Shown here: positions 39,066 through 48,595 of the stretch, in pieces | How positions within the stretch are numbered: the stretch's first letter is position 1 | How the letters are laid out: every line of letters begins with the position of its first letter | Assembly (NCBI GenBank): GCA_021774625.1 | Contig: JAJFIV010000008.1 | Coordinates: forward strand, 111,392 to 175,391 | Length of the DNA: 64,000 bases | Direction: 5' to 3' | Origin: Alphaproteobacteria bacterium | Lineage (GTDB): Bacteria > Pseudomonadota > Alphaproteobacteria > Sphingomonadales > JAKSBY01 | Notes under the pieces: generated by a model | Seen by the model: the letters and a program-made list of their open reading frames with translations, nothing else | Told to the model about the DNA's origin: nothing | Databases searched by the model: none | Program-made: the position numbers and the translations under genes

Positions 39066-39863
39066 TCAGAATGCGGTGACGGTGAATTGCAGGCCGATGG
39101 CGAAGTCCGGGCTGTCATCGGTCAGGCCGATCACATTATAGAGGCTGATTCCCACCCGGCCCTTGGTCGCAATGTTCAGATAAGTAAAAATCTCATGACC
39201 GTCCGAATCCGCAAATGGCGATGATGCTTCCCGAAAGTCGTAAGACGTGCCCAGACTGACTCGCGGCGTAAAATAATAAGCGGCGCCCAGGGACGCAAAA
39301 AACGTATTATTCAGTTCAAACGTCTTCGGATTGCCCACCACCCGGTAACCCACCGAGCCGAATGGCATCACCCCGCCATAGAGTTTGGCAAGGTCCGCCT
39401 GGATAGTGAAATCGGTCTTGCCGGTGCCAAGCCCCTTATCCTCATCCGCCGTGGGAATTTTCACCTTGGTGGTCAAATCCAGAAATAAATCCGGGTCGCT
39501 TTCAAATTCCGGCGACAGGATCAGTGAAATATAGGTATCGCCGATGCCGCTTTCGCTGGTTTTGGTTAGCCTGCGCCGGTCGGGCGCATTAATGGGGCCG
39601 GTATCACCACCGGGAATAACCCCGCCGGGCCCTTCCAGATCAATAAAACCACTGCTGACCCGCAGCGCCCATGGCCCTTTCGCATATTTCAGGCTGATCG
39701 GGACATAAAGAATATCGGTGTCGATTGGCGATCCGTAATCGCCGCTGGAATAATCGACGCCGCTGGTCAGCGTCAGGCTGCCATCCTCAGCCTCAACCGC
39801 CCCCGGCAATATTGCCAGAGCGCAGGCTGTCAGAAGAAACTTTCGCTTATAGTGATAACCCAT
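39066..39863 (-). CDS. Outer-membrane beta-barrel protein (MetA-pathway / phenol-degradation-like transporter family; module gene D)
   Basis: RBS AAGGAG. Signal peptide ...AILPGAVEA. Alternating beta-strand pattern with C-terminal ...GLQFTVTAF (terminal Phe). Confidence 0.75.
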   Translation of the reverse strand: MGYHYKRKFLLTACALAILPGAVEAEDGSLTLTSGVDYSSGDYGSPIDTDILYVPISLKYAKGPWALRVSSGFIDLEGPGGVIPGGDTGPINAPDRRRLTKTSESGIGDTYISLILSPEFESDPDLFLDLTTKVKIPTADEDKGLGTGKTDFTIQADLAKLYGGVMPFGSVGYRVVGNPKTFELNNTFFASLGAAYYFTPRVSLGTSYDFREASSPFADSDGHEIFTYLNIATKGRVGISLYNVIGLTDDSPDFAIGLQFTVTAF

Positions 39864-39895
39864 AACATACTCCTTACCCGCAATTTCAGTTGGCT

Positions 39896-39924
39896 ATAAT
39901 ACGTGGGAAATATTCCCACGTCAA
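39896..39924 (-). promoter_or_regulatory. Sigma70-like promoter P3, with the same 17-bp palindrome filling the spacer
   Basis: On the minus strand: TTGACG (39924-19) - 17 nt - TATTAT (39901-39896). Palindrome GTGGGAAATATTCCCAC at 39903-39919, extended to ACGTGGGAA-ATA-TTCCCACGT. On the plus strand, TATAAT (39895-39900) abuts the palindrome. Confidence 0.55.
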
Positions 39925-40016
39925 GTTCAAAAAGCCGCATATGCACAGGAACTGTGGGTTCCTATGATGGAGGAAAAGAATTAAGGTCTAAAAAATCAGG
40001 TTCGAGAGGAGCGTTT

Positions 40017-41597
40017 ATGTTGAACCGGTTCAGACAGATTACTTTTGTTTTTCTGGCATTGCTGCTTGTGTCTGCGACCACGTCGCGGGCAGACGGCGGT
40101 CTCACGGGAGAAGCGCTTGATCGTCTTGCAGCCAGGGCGATGACGGCATTCAACGTGCCAGGCATGGCAGTCGGGATCGTCCGGGATGGCCACTTTATTT
40201 TCGCCAAGGGCTATGGTGTCCGGGATATCCGCAGCGGTGCGGCCGTGGATGCGCACACGCTGTTTGGCATTGCCTCCAATACCAAAGGCATCACAGCAAC
40301 GGCGCTCGGTCTTCTTGTAGATGAGGGGAAGCTGAGCTGGGATGACAAGGTCACGAAGCACATCCCTGAATTTGCGCTTTACGATCCCTATGTGACACGG
40401 GAATTCACTATCCGCGACCTGTTGAGCCACCGGAGCGGTCTGCCGCTCGGGGCCGGCGATCTGATGTGGTGGCCGACCGGGCAATTTACCCCGGCCGAAG
40501 TCCTTGCCGGCATGAAGCATCTGAAGCCAGCCACCAGCTTTCGTTCCACTTACGCCTATAACAATATGCTTTATGTGGTCGCTGGTGAACTGATCCCCCG
40601 CATCACGGGGCAAAGCTGGGGTGATTTTGTCCAGGCCCGGCTTCTCGACCGGCTGGGTATGGAACCCTGTGCAGTGCTGCGAGACCGGGTTGAAGATATT
40701 GAAAATATCGCCAATCCCCATGCGGTGGTGGACGGCGTCATCACGGCAATGCATGTTGAGGGCGATGACTTCAAGACGGCTGAAGCCGCGGCCGGAGTCG
40801 TCTGTAACATCACCGGCCTTGCCAAATGGGTGGCTATGCATCTCAATGAAGGCAAATTGCCCGACGGCAAAGTGCTGATTTCCGAAGACCAGCAGAATGA
40901 ACTCTGGTCGGCGCAAACGGTACAGCCCGTTTCCCGGCAACGCTACGAGGACAGCCGGACCCACTTCCGCGCCTACGGACTGGGATATGGCCTTGATGAT
41001 TATCACGGTTACAAGCGGATCAGCCATGGCGGCGGCCTGCCCGGCATGGTCACCCTGATCACCATGCTGCCGGAACTGGAGCTCGGGGTTATCGTGCTGA
41101 CCAACCAGCAGGAAGGCGGGGCCATGCGGGCAGTCACGGAAACCATCCTGACCTCCTATATGCCGATGGAACAAAAGGACTGGGTCGCGATCCTCAAGGA
41201 TCGCGGCAGTGAATTTGCCGCGCGCATGGACAAGCTGGAAAAAGAGATCTGGGATACAGCCGCCCTATCGGGCCCACCTCCATTGCCGCTTGAAGCTTAT
41301 GCCGGAACCTATCGCGATCCCTGGCGCGGCGATGTCACTATCAGGAAAGACGGCGATCGGCTGGTGCTCGCCTTCAGCCGCTCGGACTTGCTGATCGGCC
41401 CGTTGCATCACTATAAAAACGGCGTCTTTATCGCCCGCTGGGATGACAGGGCCATGTTCGCCGATGCCTATGTCCGCTTCACGACCGGCTTTGACGGCGC
41501 AACCAGCGGCATGACCATGGAAGCAATTCTTCCGAGCGCCGACTTTTCCTTCGATTTCCACCATCTGAATTTTCAGAAGGTTGCCAAAAAGGAGTAA
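40017..41597 (+). CDS. Secreted serine hydrolase (class C beta-lactamase / PBP family) with an extra C-terminal domain
   Basis: RBS GAGAGGA. Signal peptide; SxxK (IASNTKG); YxN (YAYNNML). The C-terminal roughly 120 aa resemble DUF3471. The track ORF start (39903) lies inside the operator and is rejected. Confidence 0.85.
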   Translation: MLNRFRQITFVFLALLLVSATTSRADGGLTGEALDRLAARAMTAFNVPGMAVGIVRDGHFIFAKGYGVRDIRSGAAVDAHTLFGIASNTKGITATALGLLVDEGKLSWDDKVTKHIPEFALYDPYVTREFTIRDLLSHRSGLPLGAGDLMWWPTGQFTPAEVLAGMKHLKPATSFRSTYAYNNMLYVVAGELIPRITGQSWGDFVQARLLDRLGMEPCAVLRDRVEDIENIANPHAVVDGVITAMHVEGDDFKTAEAAAGVVCNITGLAKWVAMHLNEGKLPDGKVLISEDQQNELWSAQTVQPVSRQRYEDSRTHFRAYGLGYGLDDYHGYKRISHGGGLPGMVTLITMLPELELGVIVLTNQQEGGAMRAVTETILTSYMPMEQKDWVAILKDRGSEFAARMDKLEKEIWDTAALSGPPPLPLEAYAGTYRDPWRGDVTIRKDGDRLVLAFSRSDLLIGPLHHYKNGVFIARWDDRAMFADAYVRFTTGFDGATSGMTMEAILPSADFSFDFHHLNFQKVAKKE

Positions 41598-41683
41598 TAA
41601 CCACCGCCCTTCGACAGGCTCAAGGCAGCTGTTTGCCCAGCCATCCAGGCCGGGTCAACCTAATCAGAAAAGACTCTAGCTGG

Positions 41684-42067
41684 CTATTTCGTCACTTCTA
41701 TCGTCAGCAATTCCGAGGTGAAGTCCTGACCGGCTTCGCCCATTTCTTCCAGGATGGCCAGGAATTCCGCATCGTCATGCAGGGCGGTTTCCGCTTCGGC
41801 AAAGGCGATGAAGTTCGGCAACTCCCAATAGAGGTAAATCTCGCCCGACTGGGAGCCGGCAAAGGTTGCCTGAAAGACGCGAAGCTTCGCATCAAGCCCC
41901 AATCGTGCGGCAACGCCTTCGATCCGCTTCATACGGTCGAGAAAGCCGTCCAGATCACCATTCACATCGGCGACGACGACATCCCTGACGGCGCGGCGCT
42001 GGTCCGTGGCATGCGCCGCCGTCCCGATTGTCAGTGTCATCAGAACCGTCACTAAAAGAGTCTTCAT
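41684..42067 (-). CDS. Small secreted hypothetical protein (127 aa)
   Basis: Signal peptide MKTLLVTVLMTLTIGTAAHA. Co-oriented and close (50 nt) to the patatin gene. No family recognised. Confidence 0.55.
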   Translation of the reverse strand: MKTLLVTVLMTLTIGTAAHATDQRRAVRDVVVADVNGDLDGFLDRMKRIEGVAARLGLDAKLRVFQATFAGSQSGEIYLYWELPNFIAFAEAETALHDDAEFLAILEEMGEAGQDFTSELLTIEVTK

Positions 42068-42117
42068 AATATTTCTCCCTTGAATTTACGATCGCATCCT
42101 AAAGCACCGGAGGCCCG

Positions 42118-43491
42118 TCAATCGCGTACGGCTGCGATAAAATCATTAAACTCGGCTGATGTGACCAGCATATGGTGCGCGCCATTCTTTATTCGGTCAA
42201 TAACATCCTCGGGCAGAGAAAGAGTTGTCGGTATGCTGTTGAAAAATTCCCGTTCTTCCGGGTCGGTAAGTTTATCAAATGTCAGTGTAACAAAATGCAC
42301 CTTAACCTTTTCGAAGACCGGAAGACGCCGCTCGTTGATACCGTCGGCCCAACGCTGAAAGCTCTCCTGCGCCAGCGAAACCGTCGCTGTGTTAAGGATA
42401 TTGAGCGCGGCGTCAAATGATGCCGAAATCGTGGAGAAAATACCGGGATCCCTGCCTTTCTCGGACCACTTGGAAGGGGCATAAACCTGTGTATTCGCCA
42501 CAATCACCAGAACGTCCTTCACCTGATTGAGGTCGTCCTCCGAAAAGGCGCCGCTCATTTCAGCCACATTGCCGTAATGGGCGACCGGGTTCATAATGGA
42601 CCCCCGCACGCCGAGATTGTCGGTAACGCCGCCATCGACAAGTCTGATAACCGGTAACGTGCCGGGTTCCATATATTGCTTTAGTCCACGGGCGACCAGG
42701 TAATTCCGGTTGGTTATATTCCCGCCCTTTATCGCCTCGGCGACCCAGTCCGCATTTCTTTCCTCACAGCCGGTATCAAAATTTTTCAGTGAGACCGGCG
42801 CCGATATGACCGGGACGGAGGAAGAGGCCTGAACGGCATAAGCGACGGGGTAAAAGTTAATATCAGAGCATAAAAAATCGAACTGCTGCTGCAGAAAAGA
42901 AAAAGTCGTACCCGTGTTCAAATCTGTCGCATTGATAATGACATAAGGGAGGTCGCCCTGCGACATGTCGGCAAAGGTTTTCCCGTCAAAAATATTCGCA
43001 TTCAGCCATTTTCCCGCCAGATCGCCGCGATTATAATCACTGGCCATGATTCTGAACAGATTGAGCGGATTGAACAGGAGGTCAACCAGGTCCCCCTGAA
43101 TATTCTGTTTGAGAACACGCTGTTCGTAATCTTCGAATATGCGTTCGCCGAACAGCCCGTAATAGGCGGCGGTAAAGCTGCCGCCGGACACCGAGGAAAT
43201 CACATCGACTTCATCCAGCAAACGGCGCTGCCGGCCGCGGACCGGAACCTGAATATCGCGCAGGGCTTCCATGATGCCGTAAGAAAAGGCCGCGGAACGC
43301 ATGCCGCCGCCGGAAAAGGCCAGCACAACAAAAACATCTCCGGCGTTGGATTTTGGCAGCCGGTTTTCAAAGGTATAGCTTTCTGCAGCCGGTTCTGTGC
43401 CTACGGGCAAATTCCATTGCCGCGATGCGCAGCCGGTTATGGCAAAAACACTCAAAAAAATCACAAGCAGGCGATGTGAACGCATTCCCAA
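42118..43491 (-). CDS. Patatin-like phospholipase, lipoprotein
   Basis: Lipobox VFAITGC. Oxyanion motif FSGGGMRS, nucleophile elbow GxSxG (VSGGS), catalytic DGG (VDGGVTDNLG). Confidence 0.9.
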   Translation of the reverse strand: MGMRSHRLLVIFLSVFAITGCASRQWNLPVGTEPAAESYTFENRLPKSNAGDVFVVLAFSGGGMRSAAFSYGIMEALRDIQVPVRGRQRRLLDEVDVISSVSGGSFTAAYYGLFGERIFEDYEQRVLKQNIQGDLVDLLFNPLNLFRIMASDYNRGDLAGKWLNANIFDGKTFADMSQGDLPYVIINATDLNTGTTFSFLQQQFDFLCSDINFYPVAYAVQASSSVPVISAPVSLKNFDTGCEERNADWVAEAIKGGNITNRNYLVARGLKQYMEPGTLPVIRLVDGGVTDNLGVRGSIMNPVAHYGNVAEMSGAFSEDDLNQVKDVLVIVANTQVYAPSKWSEKGRDPGIFSTISASFDAALNILNTATVSLAQESFQRWADGINERRLPVFEKVKVHFVTLTFDKLTDPEEREFFNSIPTTLSLPEDVIDRIKNGAHHMLVTSAEFNDFIAAVRD

Positions 43492-43560
43492 CCCTCAAAA
43501 CCATTCAACCAAACCAAAACAGCAACGCATGGCGCAAAAAAAGGTTTCTCTCTGGAAAAC

Positions 43561-44745
43561 TTACATACCCTTTTCCACGTTGTGATCTGTCACCTTCCTT
43601 ATGAAATCCTGTGCGATCCGCGCCGACAGCACAATCAGCGGCGCCTCGGTATCGGAATTGACCATCAGGGCAAAGGCCACTTTCTTTTCAGGAAAATAAT
43701 ACATTTCCGTCCGATAGCCGGGGTAAAAGCCGGAATGGCCGATGGAAAAACCGGCTTCTTCAATGTCCCGCGTGATGACGCCGAGGCCGTATTTCAGCGT
43801 GAGGTTAGGTGATTCGACCCAATCGACCGTGTCCATCATCTGATCATAGACGGCGGGTGGCACCACCTTATCCTCATAAAGCGCCTTGGCGAGCCGGGCG
43901 AGCGCGAGCGGCGTTGCCGCAAACCCGCCGCCGGCCCATTCCATGGCCGGATTGTATCTGAGATCGCCCGCCGCATCCCGGTTGCTGCGGACCGGCAGGC
44001 GGAAATGATTGTCCGCAGGGTTCCAGTGGCCGGTAACCAGGCCAGGAATATTCATGGAATTCGACGGTGTAATTCCCTTTAGATTATAATGGGATAGAAG
44101 GCGATCTTGAATTAAATTATAATAATTCTGACCGGTAATTTGTTCAACGATCAGGCCCAGCAGCGTGAAATGGGTGTCGGAATATTGAAACCCCTGACCG
44201 GCGGCGAAGGGCGCGGGCTTATCCAGTATATATGAGATGGATTGCTCGGCATCGAACAGAAAAGCCGGGTCCTCCTTCATCCGCGCCGTATAATCAGTGA
44301 GGAAAGCATCCTCCAGATAATGGTGCGCCAGTCCCGCCGTATGGTTCAGCAGATGGCGCACCGTCATATCGTTGCCGTTCGGCAGGCGGGGATACCAGCT
44401 GCGGTCGCCCAGATAGAAGGAAACTTTCGCATCCAGGTCCAAAAGGCCTTCCACCGCCAGTTGCAGGGCAACGGCGGCAAACAGGACCTTGCCGGTGGAA
44501 CCCGCCAGCATTTTTCCGGTGGCGGTCAGCGGTTCGCCCGTGGATTCATCGGCCAGTCCGGCGACGCCGGTGACTTCCATCCCATCCGGCAAAATCGCGG
44601 CGAGCGATACGCCAACCAGATTATGTTCGGCCCTGACTTCCCCGGCGATTTGTGTCAGCAGTTCCGCCGGAGTCTGGGCCATTAAGCCATTGATGCCGGC
44701 AAATAAGGCAATCCCGATTGAAATGAAAGATTTTAACGATTTCAT
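43561..44745 (-). CDS. Secreted serine hydrolase (beta-lactamase family)
   Basis: Signal peptide; SxxK (GSTGKV). Length and pattern fit class C-like esterases. Confidence 0.85.
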   Translation of the reverse strand: MKSLKSFISIGIALFAGINGLMAQTPAELLTQIAGEVRAEHNLVGVSLAAILPDGMEVTGVAGLADESTGEPLTATGKMLAGSTGKVLFAAVALQLAVEGLLDLDAKVSFYLGDRSWYPRLPNGNDMTVRHLLNHTAGLAHHYLEDAFLTDYTARMKEDPAFLFDAEQSISYILDKPAPFAAGQGFQYSDTHFTLLGLIVEQITGQNYYNLIQDRLLSHYNLKGITPSNSMNIPGLVTGHWNPADNHFRLPVRSNRDAAGDLRYNPAMEWAGGGFAATPLALARLAKALYEDKVVPPAVYDQMMDTVDWVESPNLTLKYGLGVITRDIEEAGFSIGHSGFYPGYRTEMYYFPEKKVAFALMVNSDTEAPLIVLSARIAQDFIRKVTDHNVEKGM

Positions 44746-44776
44746 TTTTGCCCTTTTCGGAAGGCTTCAGGCAGTT

Positions 44777-45262
44777 TTATTCAACCGGACCCTGGGGACT
44801 AGGCGCACAGCCTTCAGTCTGGGCGGTATAAATTACGTTGGCAATTTTCCATTGACCGTTGTCCCTTATCATCTGGAAGGAATCGATGCCGCAATGGGAA
44901 AACTGCCCATCGACGTGAAGATCATAGGGCGCCCAGACGGTGGCGATGGCGCCATGGATTTTCGCCTCGGGCTCCCACATGCGCTCCAGTAAGGCGGGGC
45001 CTCCCGGCGTAAGATTTTCGACGAAGGCCTGCAGGGAAATGCGCGTCAGGGTCGCGCTTCCGTCAGCAGTATCCCGGGCGGCGAAGATCATCCCGTCCGG
45101 CAAGGCAAGATCCTCCCAGTTTTCGGTGTTCCGTGTGGCCATCATATTGAAGAATGCGTCAATCACGGCAATGATATCGCCTTCTTTGCTTTCATGATGC
45201 GCCGCAAAAGCGCTCGACAGGGGGAGGGCAACCAAGGCAACGGCGACGAGCTTTTTCAACAT
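44777..45262 (-). CDS. Secreted NTF2-like (SnoaL/DUF4440-type) protein
   Basis: Start at MLKKLVAVALVALPLSSAFA (45262), 10 nt after the upstream stop. The cone-like alpha+beta pattern (IDAFFNMM...WKIANVIYT) is my impression only. Confidence 0.5.
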   Translation of the reverse strand: MLKKLVAVALVALPLSSAFAAHHESKEGDIIAVIDAFFNMMATRNTENWEDLALPDGMIFAARDTADGSATLTRISLQAFVENLTPGGPALLERMWEPEAKIHGAIATVWAPYDLHVDGQFSHCGIDSFQMIRDNGQWKIANVIYTAQTEGCAPSPQGPVE

Positions 45263-45272
45263 TTTCTGATCC

Positions 45273-48200
45273 TTATTTTTGCATGATGTAAATGGGTTTG
45301 GCGGGTTCAGGGTCTGGATAGATACGCGCGGCATCATTACCGCTGTAAAGCGCACCGTTTTTCATAACATATTCAATGGTGCGGGCATTTCTGACATCAT
45401 CCAGCGGATTTTCGGTCATGATCACGAGATCGGCAAGTTTGCCTGGCTCAATGGAACCGAGATCATTGCCCAATCCATGATAGACCGCCCCGTTGATGGT
45501 CGCAATTTCCAGGACTTCCGCCGGGGTGAAGCCGCCCTGGGCAAACAGCTCCATTTCCCAGTGGGCATCAAGGCCGGGCATCTGGCCGTGTGCGCCCATT
45601 TGCAGCGAGACACCGGCCTGATAGAGTTTTCTGAGCGAGGCCGCCATTTCCGGCGCATAATGTTCATCGGCCCAGATATGTTGTGGACGGCGGAAAGTCA
45701 GAAGTTCCTCCTTGCGCATAAAATTGCGCAGTTTTTCATTTTCCCACACCCGTTCCGAACGGTGGAAATACCCCTCCCCCGCCGGTCCGTTATAGACCAC
45801 AATCAGGGTGGGTGTGATGCCGATATCGCTTGCGGCGAACATGGCCGCCACATCGCCGTAAAGCGGCGTCATGCCCATTGAATGTTCAATCCCGGTCTCG
45901 CCATCGACAATCTGGGTCAGGTTCATCTGCAACAGCGCGGCGGATTCCGCGACCACATTGAGGCCCAATTCACGTCCCGCTGTCGCAATCCCGTGGCGGG
46001 CCCGGCGGTTGAACACGGCATAATCCTTGACCGCTGTCGCGCCAAAGGCTTTGTTATAGGCAAGATGCTCATAGGCATCCTCGTAATTTTTAATGGAGCG
46101 GTAAAGGCCTAGCCGGAATTTGGGGCTGCCGTAAATGGGCGTGCCGGTGGAAAACAGGCGCGGGCCGGTGATATCGCCCTTGCGCAACATATCAACCAGC
46201 CAGAAATCCTTTTCCTGGGTGCCATAGACCTCATACATGGTGGTCACGCCGTGGGCGAGCGGCGACAAAAGACCGGAAACCCTCTGTTCGATCACATGCA
46301 GGTAGGACGGCACGCCGCCATAATGGGCATGGGCATCGACGATGCCGGGCATAATGGTGCGGCCCTCAAGATCATAGACTTGCGCCCCGCCGGGGATATC
46401 CAGACCCGGACCAACGGCTTCAATGCGATTGCCGTTAATCAGGATGGAAGCGTTTTCCAGCACCTCCCGCCCGGCATTCATGGTGAGAATCCGCGCGTTG
46501 GTCAGCGCAATAATACCGTCCGGGACAGCAACCGTGTATTCAATGGCAAGGTCGGTTGTTTCCGCTTCTTCGGCATCGTTCAGGATGGCCGTCAGATTTT
46601 TTTCATAGAAGGTCGCGCCGCGCATCCAGCTTAGGCTTTGACTGTCTGCGCTCCAGGTCAGATACGCGCCATCTTCCTTGTGGATACGTTTAGTGAAACC
46701 CTGACCATCCTCGGCACTGATGCTGACCGGTTTACCGGCAAATTCAAACGGCGTAATATAGGATCTGTGATATTCCCGGAACGCCAGCCATTGCAGGCCG
46801 GGCGACACGATGGCGCGGGTTGCATTGGGCAGGCGGTAAAAATCGCGCTTGACGCGGCCGTCCAGGGAAACACTGCGGACAATCAGGCCGTCTTCGTCAT
46901 ATTCCGAATAATAGAGGGTCGCGCCGTCCGGTGAAAAAGTCAGGCCCGGCGTGCGGCGGATTTCCGGGGTGTTGCCGTTGGACCAGTTGGCATTGATATC
47001 GGCCAGCTTACGGTGACTGCCGTCCGCGCCCCGGATCATCAGTTCGAAATCCACCTGATTCTCCAGCCGCATGCCATTGCCGAAATCGCCCCGGCCGCGA
47101 ATATAGGCAAGTATTTTACCGTCAGACGACAGCGCCAGGCCGCCATATTGGGTGGCAAAATCCGTGAGTTTTTCCGTGCGGCTGCGGTTCAGTTTCTTGC
47201 GGTAAATGGCGCCGAAATCCTCATCGTTCCAACTGGCATAGTAAAGCCAGTTGCCCTCCGCATCATAAACCGGGCTTGATTCATGATCCGGAGAGTCAGT
47301 CAGATTGCGGTTGCCGCCATTGGATAGAAGATAGAGATCACCCAGCGTTTCCGAAATCACGCCAGCCTCTGTCCGGATGCCCCAGCGATTAACCTGTGTG
47401 CGCTGTGCGCCTTGCGGAATGTCAGCTTTAAAACGGATGGTCTCATTCAGTTCCCGGCTGACGGTGGCGCGGAAAGGAATTTCCGCTGCCTCCCCCGTTG
47501 CCACATCCACCCGGTGGATTTTTCCGCCCTTGCTCAGCACAATCGAACCGCCGCCGGGCATCCAGGACATGGCCGGAGCGGTTCCAAGATGCTTGACCGG
47601 ATTTTCCATTTGATCGCGGTCAAGTCCGCGTAGCAATATGCGATCCCTGCTGGCCGCCATATCCCGGACAAACAGAACTGTTTCCAGATCATCCCGCCCC
47701 ATAAAGGCAAGCCGGCTGCCGTCGGGCGACAGGGCCGGATTGAAAGCACCGCCGGGGCGGTCGATCATCACGGCCGCTTCGCCGGTTTCCCGGTCATACT
47801 GATAAATACGCGGGCCGCTTCCCGGCAGTTGCCCGTCATTGCGTTCATAATAAATCGCGTTCCGCTCCGGGTCCTCGACATAATTCTGCAGAAACTGGAA
47901 AAGTCCGGCCTTGGCCAGTTGCTGGCTTTTTCCATAGCGATTGAAAAGATGGGCTTCAGTGCCGTTTTCCCCGGTGATGCGGGCGGCCATGATATGGCGG
48001 CCATCGGCAGTCCACTCACCGCGCACCACCGGGGACGGGGATTGGGTAAAATTTGTCAGTTCACCGGTGTCCCGGTTCAGCACCCAGATATCCTCGCTGC
48101 CGCCGCGGTCCGATGTGAAGGCGATTTCACGGCCGTCCGGGCTGTAGCGCGGGATCAGATTCCATGACCGGCCAGATGTCAGGGCGGTTGCTTCACCGCC

Positions 48201-48434
48201 GTCCGCCGGCATTTCATAGATATGACCAAGCAGATCGAAAGCGATGAATTCCCCGTCCGGCGAGACATCCAGGCTGATCCAGGTGCCCTCCTCCGCCACA
48301 TGGTCAAACTGGACAACCGGCGTGCCCTCGGGATTCGCCGTATCAACGGACCAGTCGTCCTTTTTCTCTTCCTGGGCGGTAATGCCGACCGGCAGAAATG
48401 TCAGCGTTAATAAAATAGCTGGAAATATCCGCAT
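45273..48434 (-). CDS. Secreted TolB-like beta-propeller fused to an amidohydrolase domain (1053 aa)
   Basis: Signal peptide. PD40-like repeats (SPDGxxIAF, SPDGSRLAF, SxDGKxLAY). C-terminal metal-dependent hydrolase signature GIVDAHAHYG... Confidence 0.85.
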   Translation of the reverse strand: MRIFPAILLTLTFLPVGITAQEEKKDDWSVDTANPEGTPVVQFDHVAEEGTWISLDVSPDGEFIAFDLLGHIYEMPADGGEATALTSGRSWNLIPRYSPDGREIAFTSDRGGSEDIWVLNRDTGELTNFTQSPSPVVRGEWTADGRHIMAARITGENGTEAHLFNRYGKSQQLAKAGLFQFLQNYVEDPERNAIYYERNDGQLPGSGPRIYQYDRETGEAAVMIDRPGGAFNPALSPDGSRLAFMGRDDLETVLFVRDMAASRDRILLRGLDRDQMENPVKHLGTAPAMSWMPGGGSIVLSKGGKIHRVDVATGEAAEIPFRATVSRELNETIRFKADIPQGAQRTQVNRWGIRTEAGVISETLGDLYLLSNGGNRNLTDSPDHESSPVYDAEGNWLYYASWNDEDFGAIYRKKLNRSRTEKLTDFATQYGGLALSSDGKILAYIRGRGDFGNGMRLENQVDFELMIRGADGSHRKLADINANWSNGNTPEIRRTPGLTFSPDGATLYYSEYDEDGLIVRSVSLDGRVKRDFYRLPNATRAIVSPGLQWLAFREYHRSYITPFEFAGKPVSISAEDGQGFTKRIHKEDGAYLTWSADSQSLSWMRGATFYEKNLTAILNDAEEAETTDLAIEYTVAVPDGIIALTNARILTMNAGREVLENASILINGNRIEAVGPGLDIPGGAQVYDLEGRTIMPGIVDAHAHYGGVPSYLHVIEQRVSGLLSPLAHGVTTMYEVYGTQEKDFWLVDMLRKGDITGPRLFSTGTPIYGSPKFRLGLYRSIKNYEDAYEHLAYNKAFGATAVKDYAVFNRRARHGIATAGRELGLNVVAESAALLQMNLTQIVDGETGIEHSMGMTPLYGDVAAMFAASDIGITPTLIVVYNGPAGEGYFHRSERVWENEKLRNFMRKEELLTFRRPQHIWADEHYAPEMAASLRKLYQAGVSLQMGAHGQMPGLDAHWEMELFAQGGFTPAEVLEIATINGAVYHGLGNDLGSIEPGKLADLVIMTENPLDDVRNARTIEYVMKNGALYSGNDAARIYPDPEPAKPIYIMQK

Positions 48435-48595
48435 GTCCCCTGCTCCCCTATTTTATTCGTTTGTTTGGTTTACTATAAACAGGAATTGCGCGATGGCAAA
48501 TGACAGGTTTCAATTCCCTACTGACATAATCCTGTCAGCATGGCATGTGTATACGGGTTTTATTACTCGCAAACTTCAACCAATGAGGCACAATT

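Noticed and set aside
42068-42117. Half-site-like AATATTTCTCCC upstream of the 127-aa secreted protein gene, resembling the right half of the module palindrome
   Set aside because: The left arm (GTGGG) is absent and the right arm has mismatches, so chance similarity in an AT-rich promoter is the likelier explanation.
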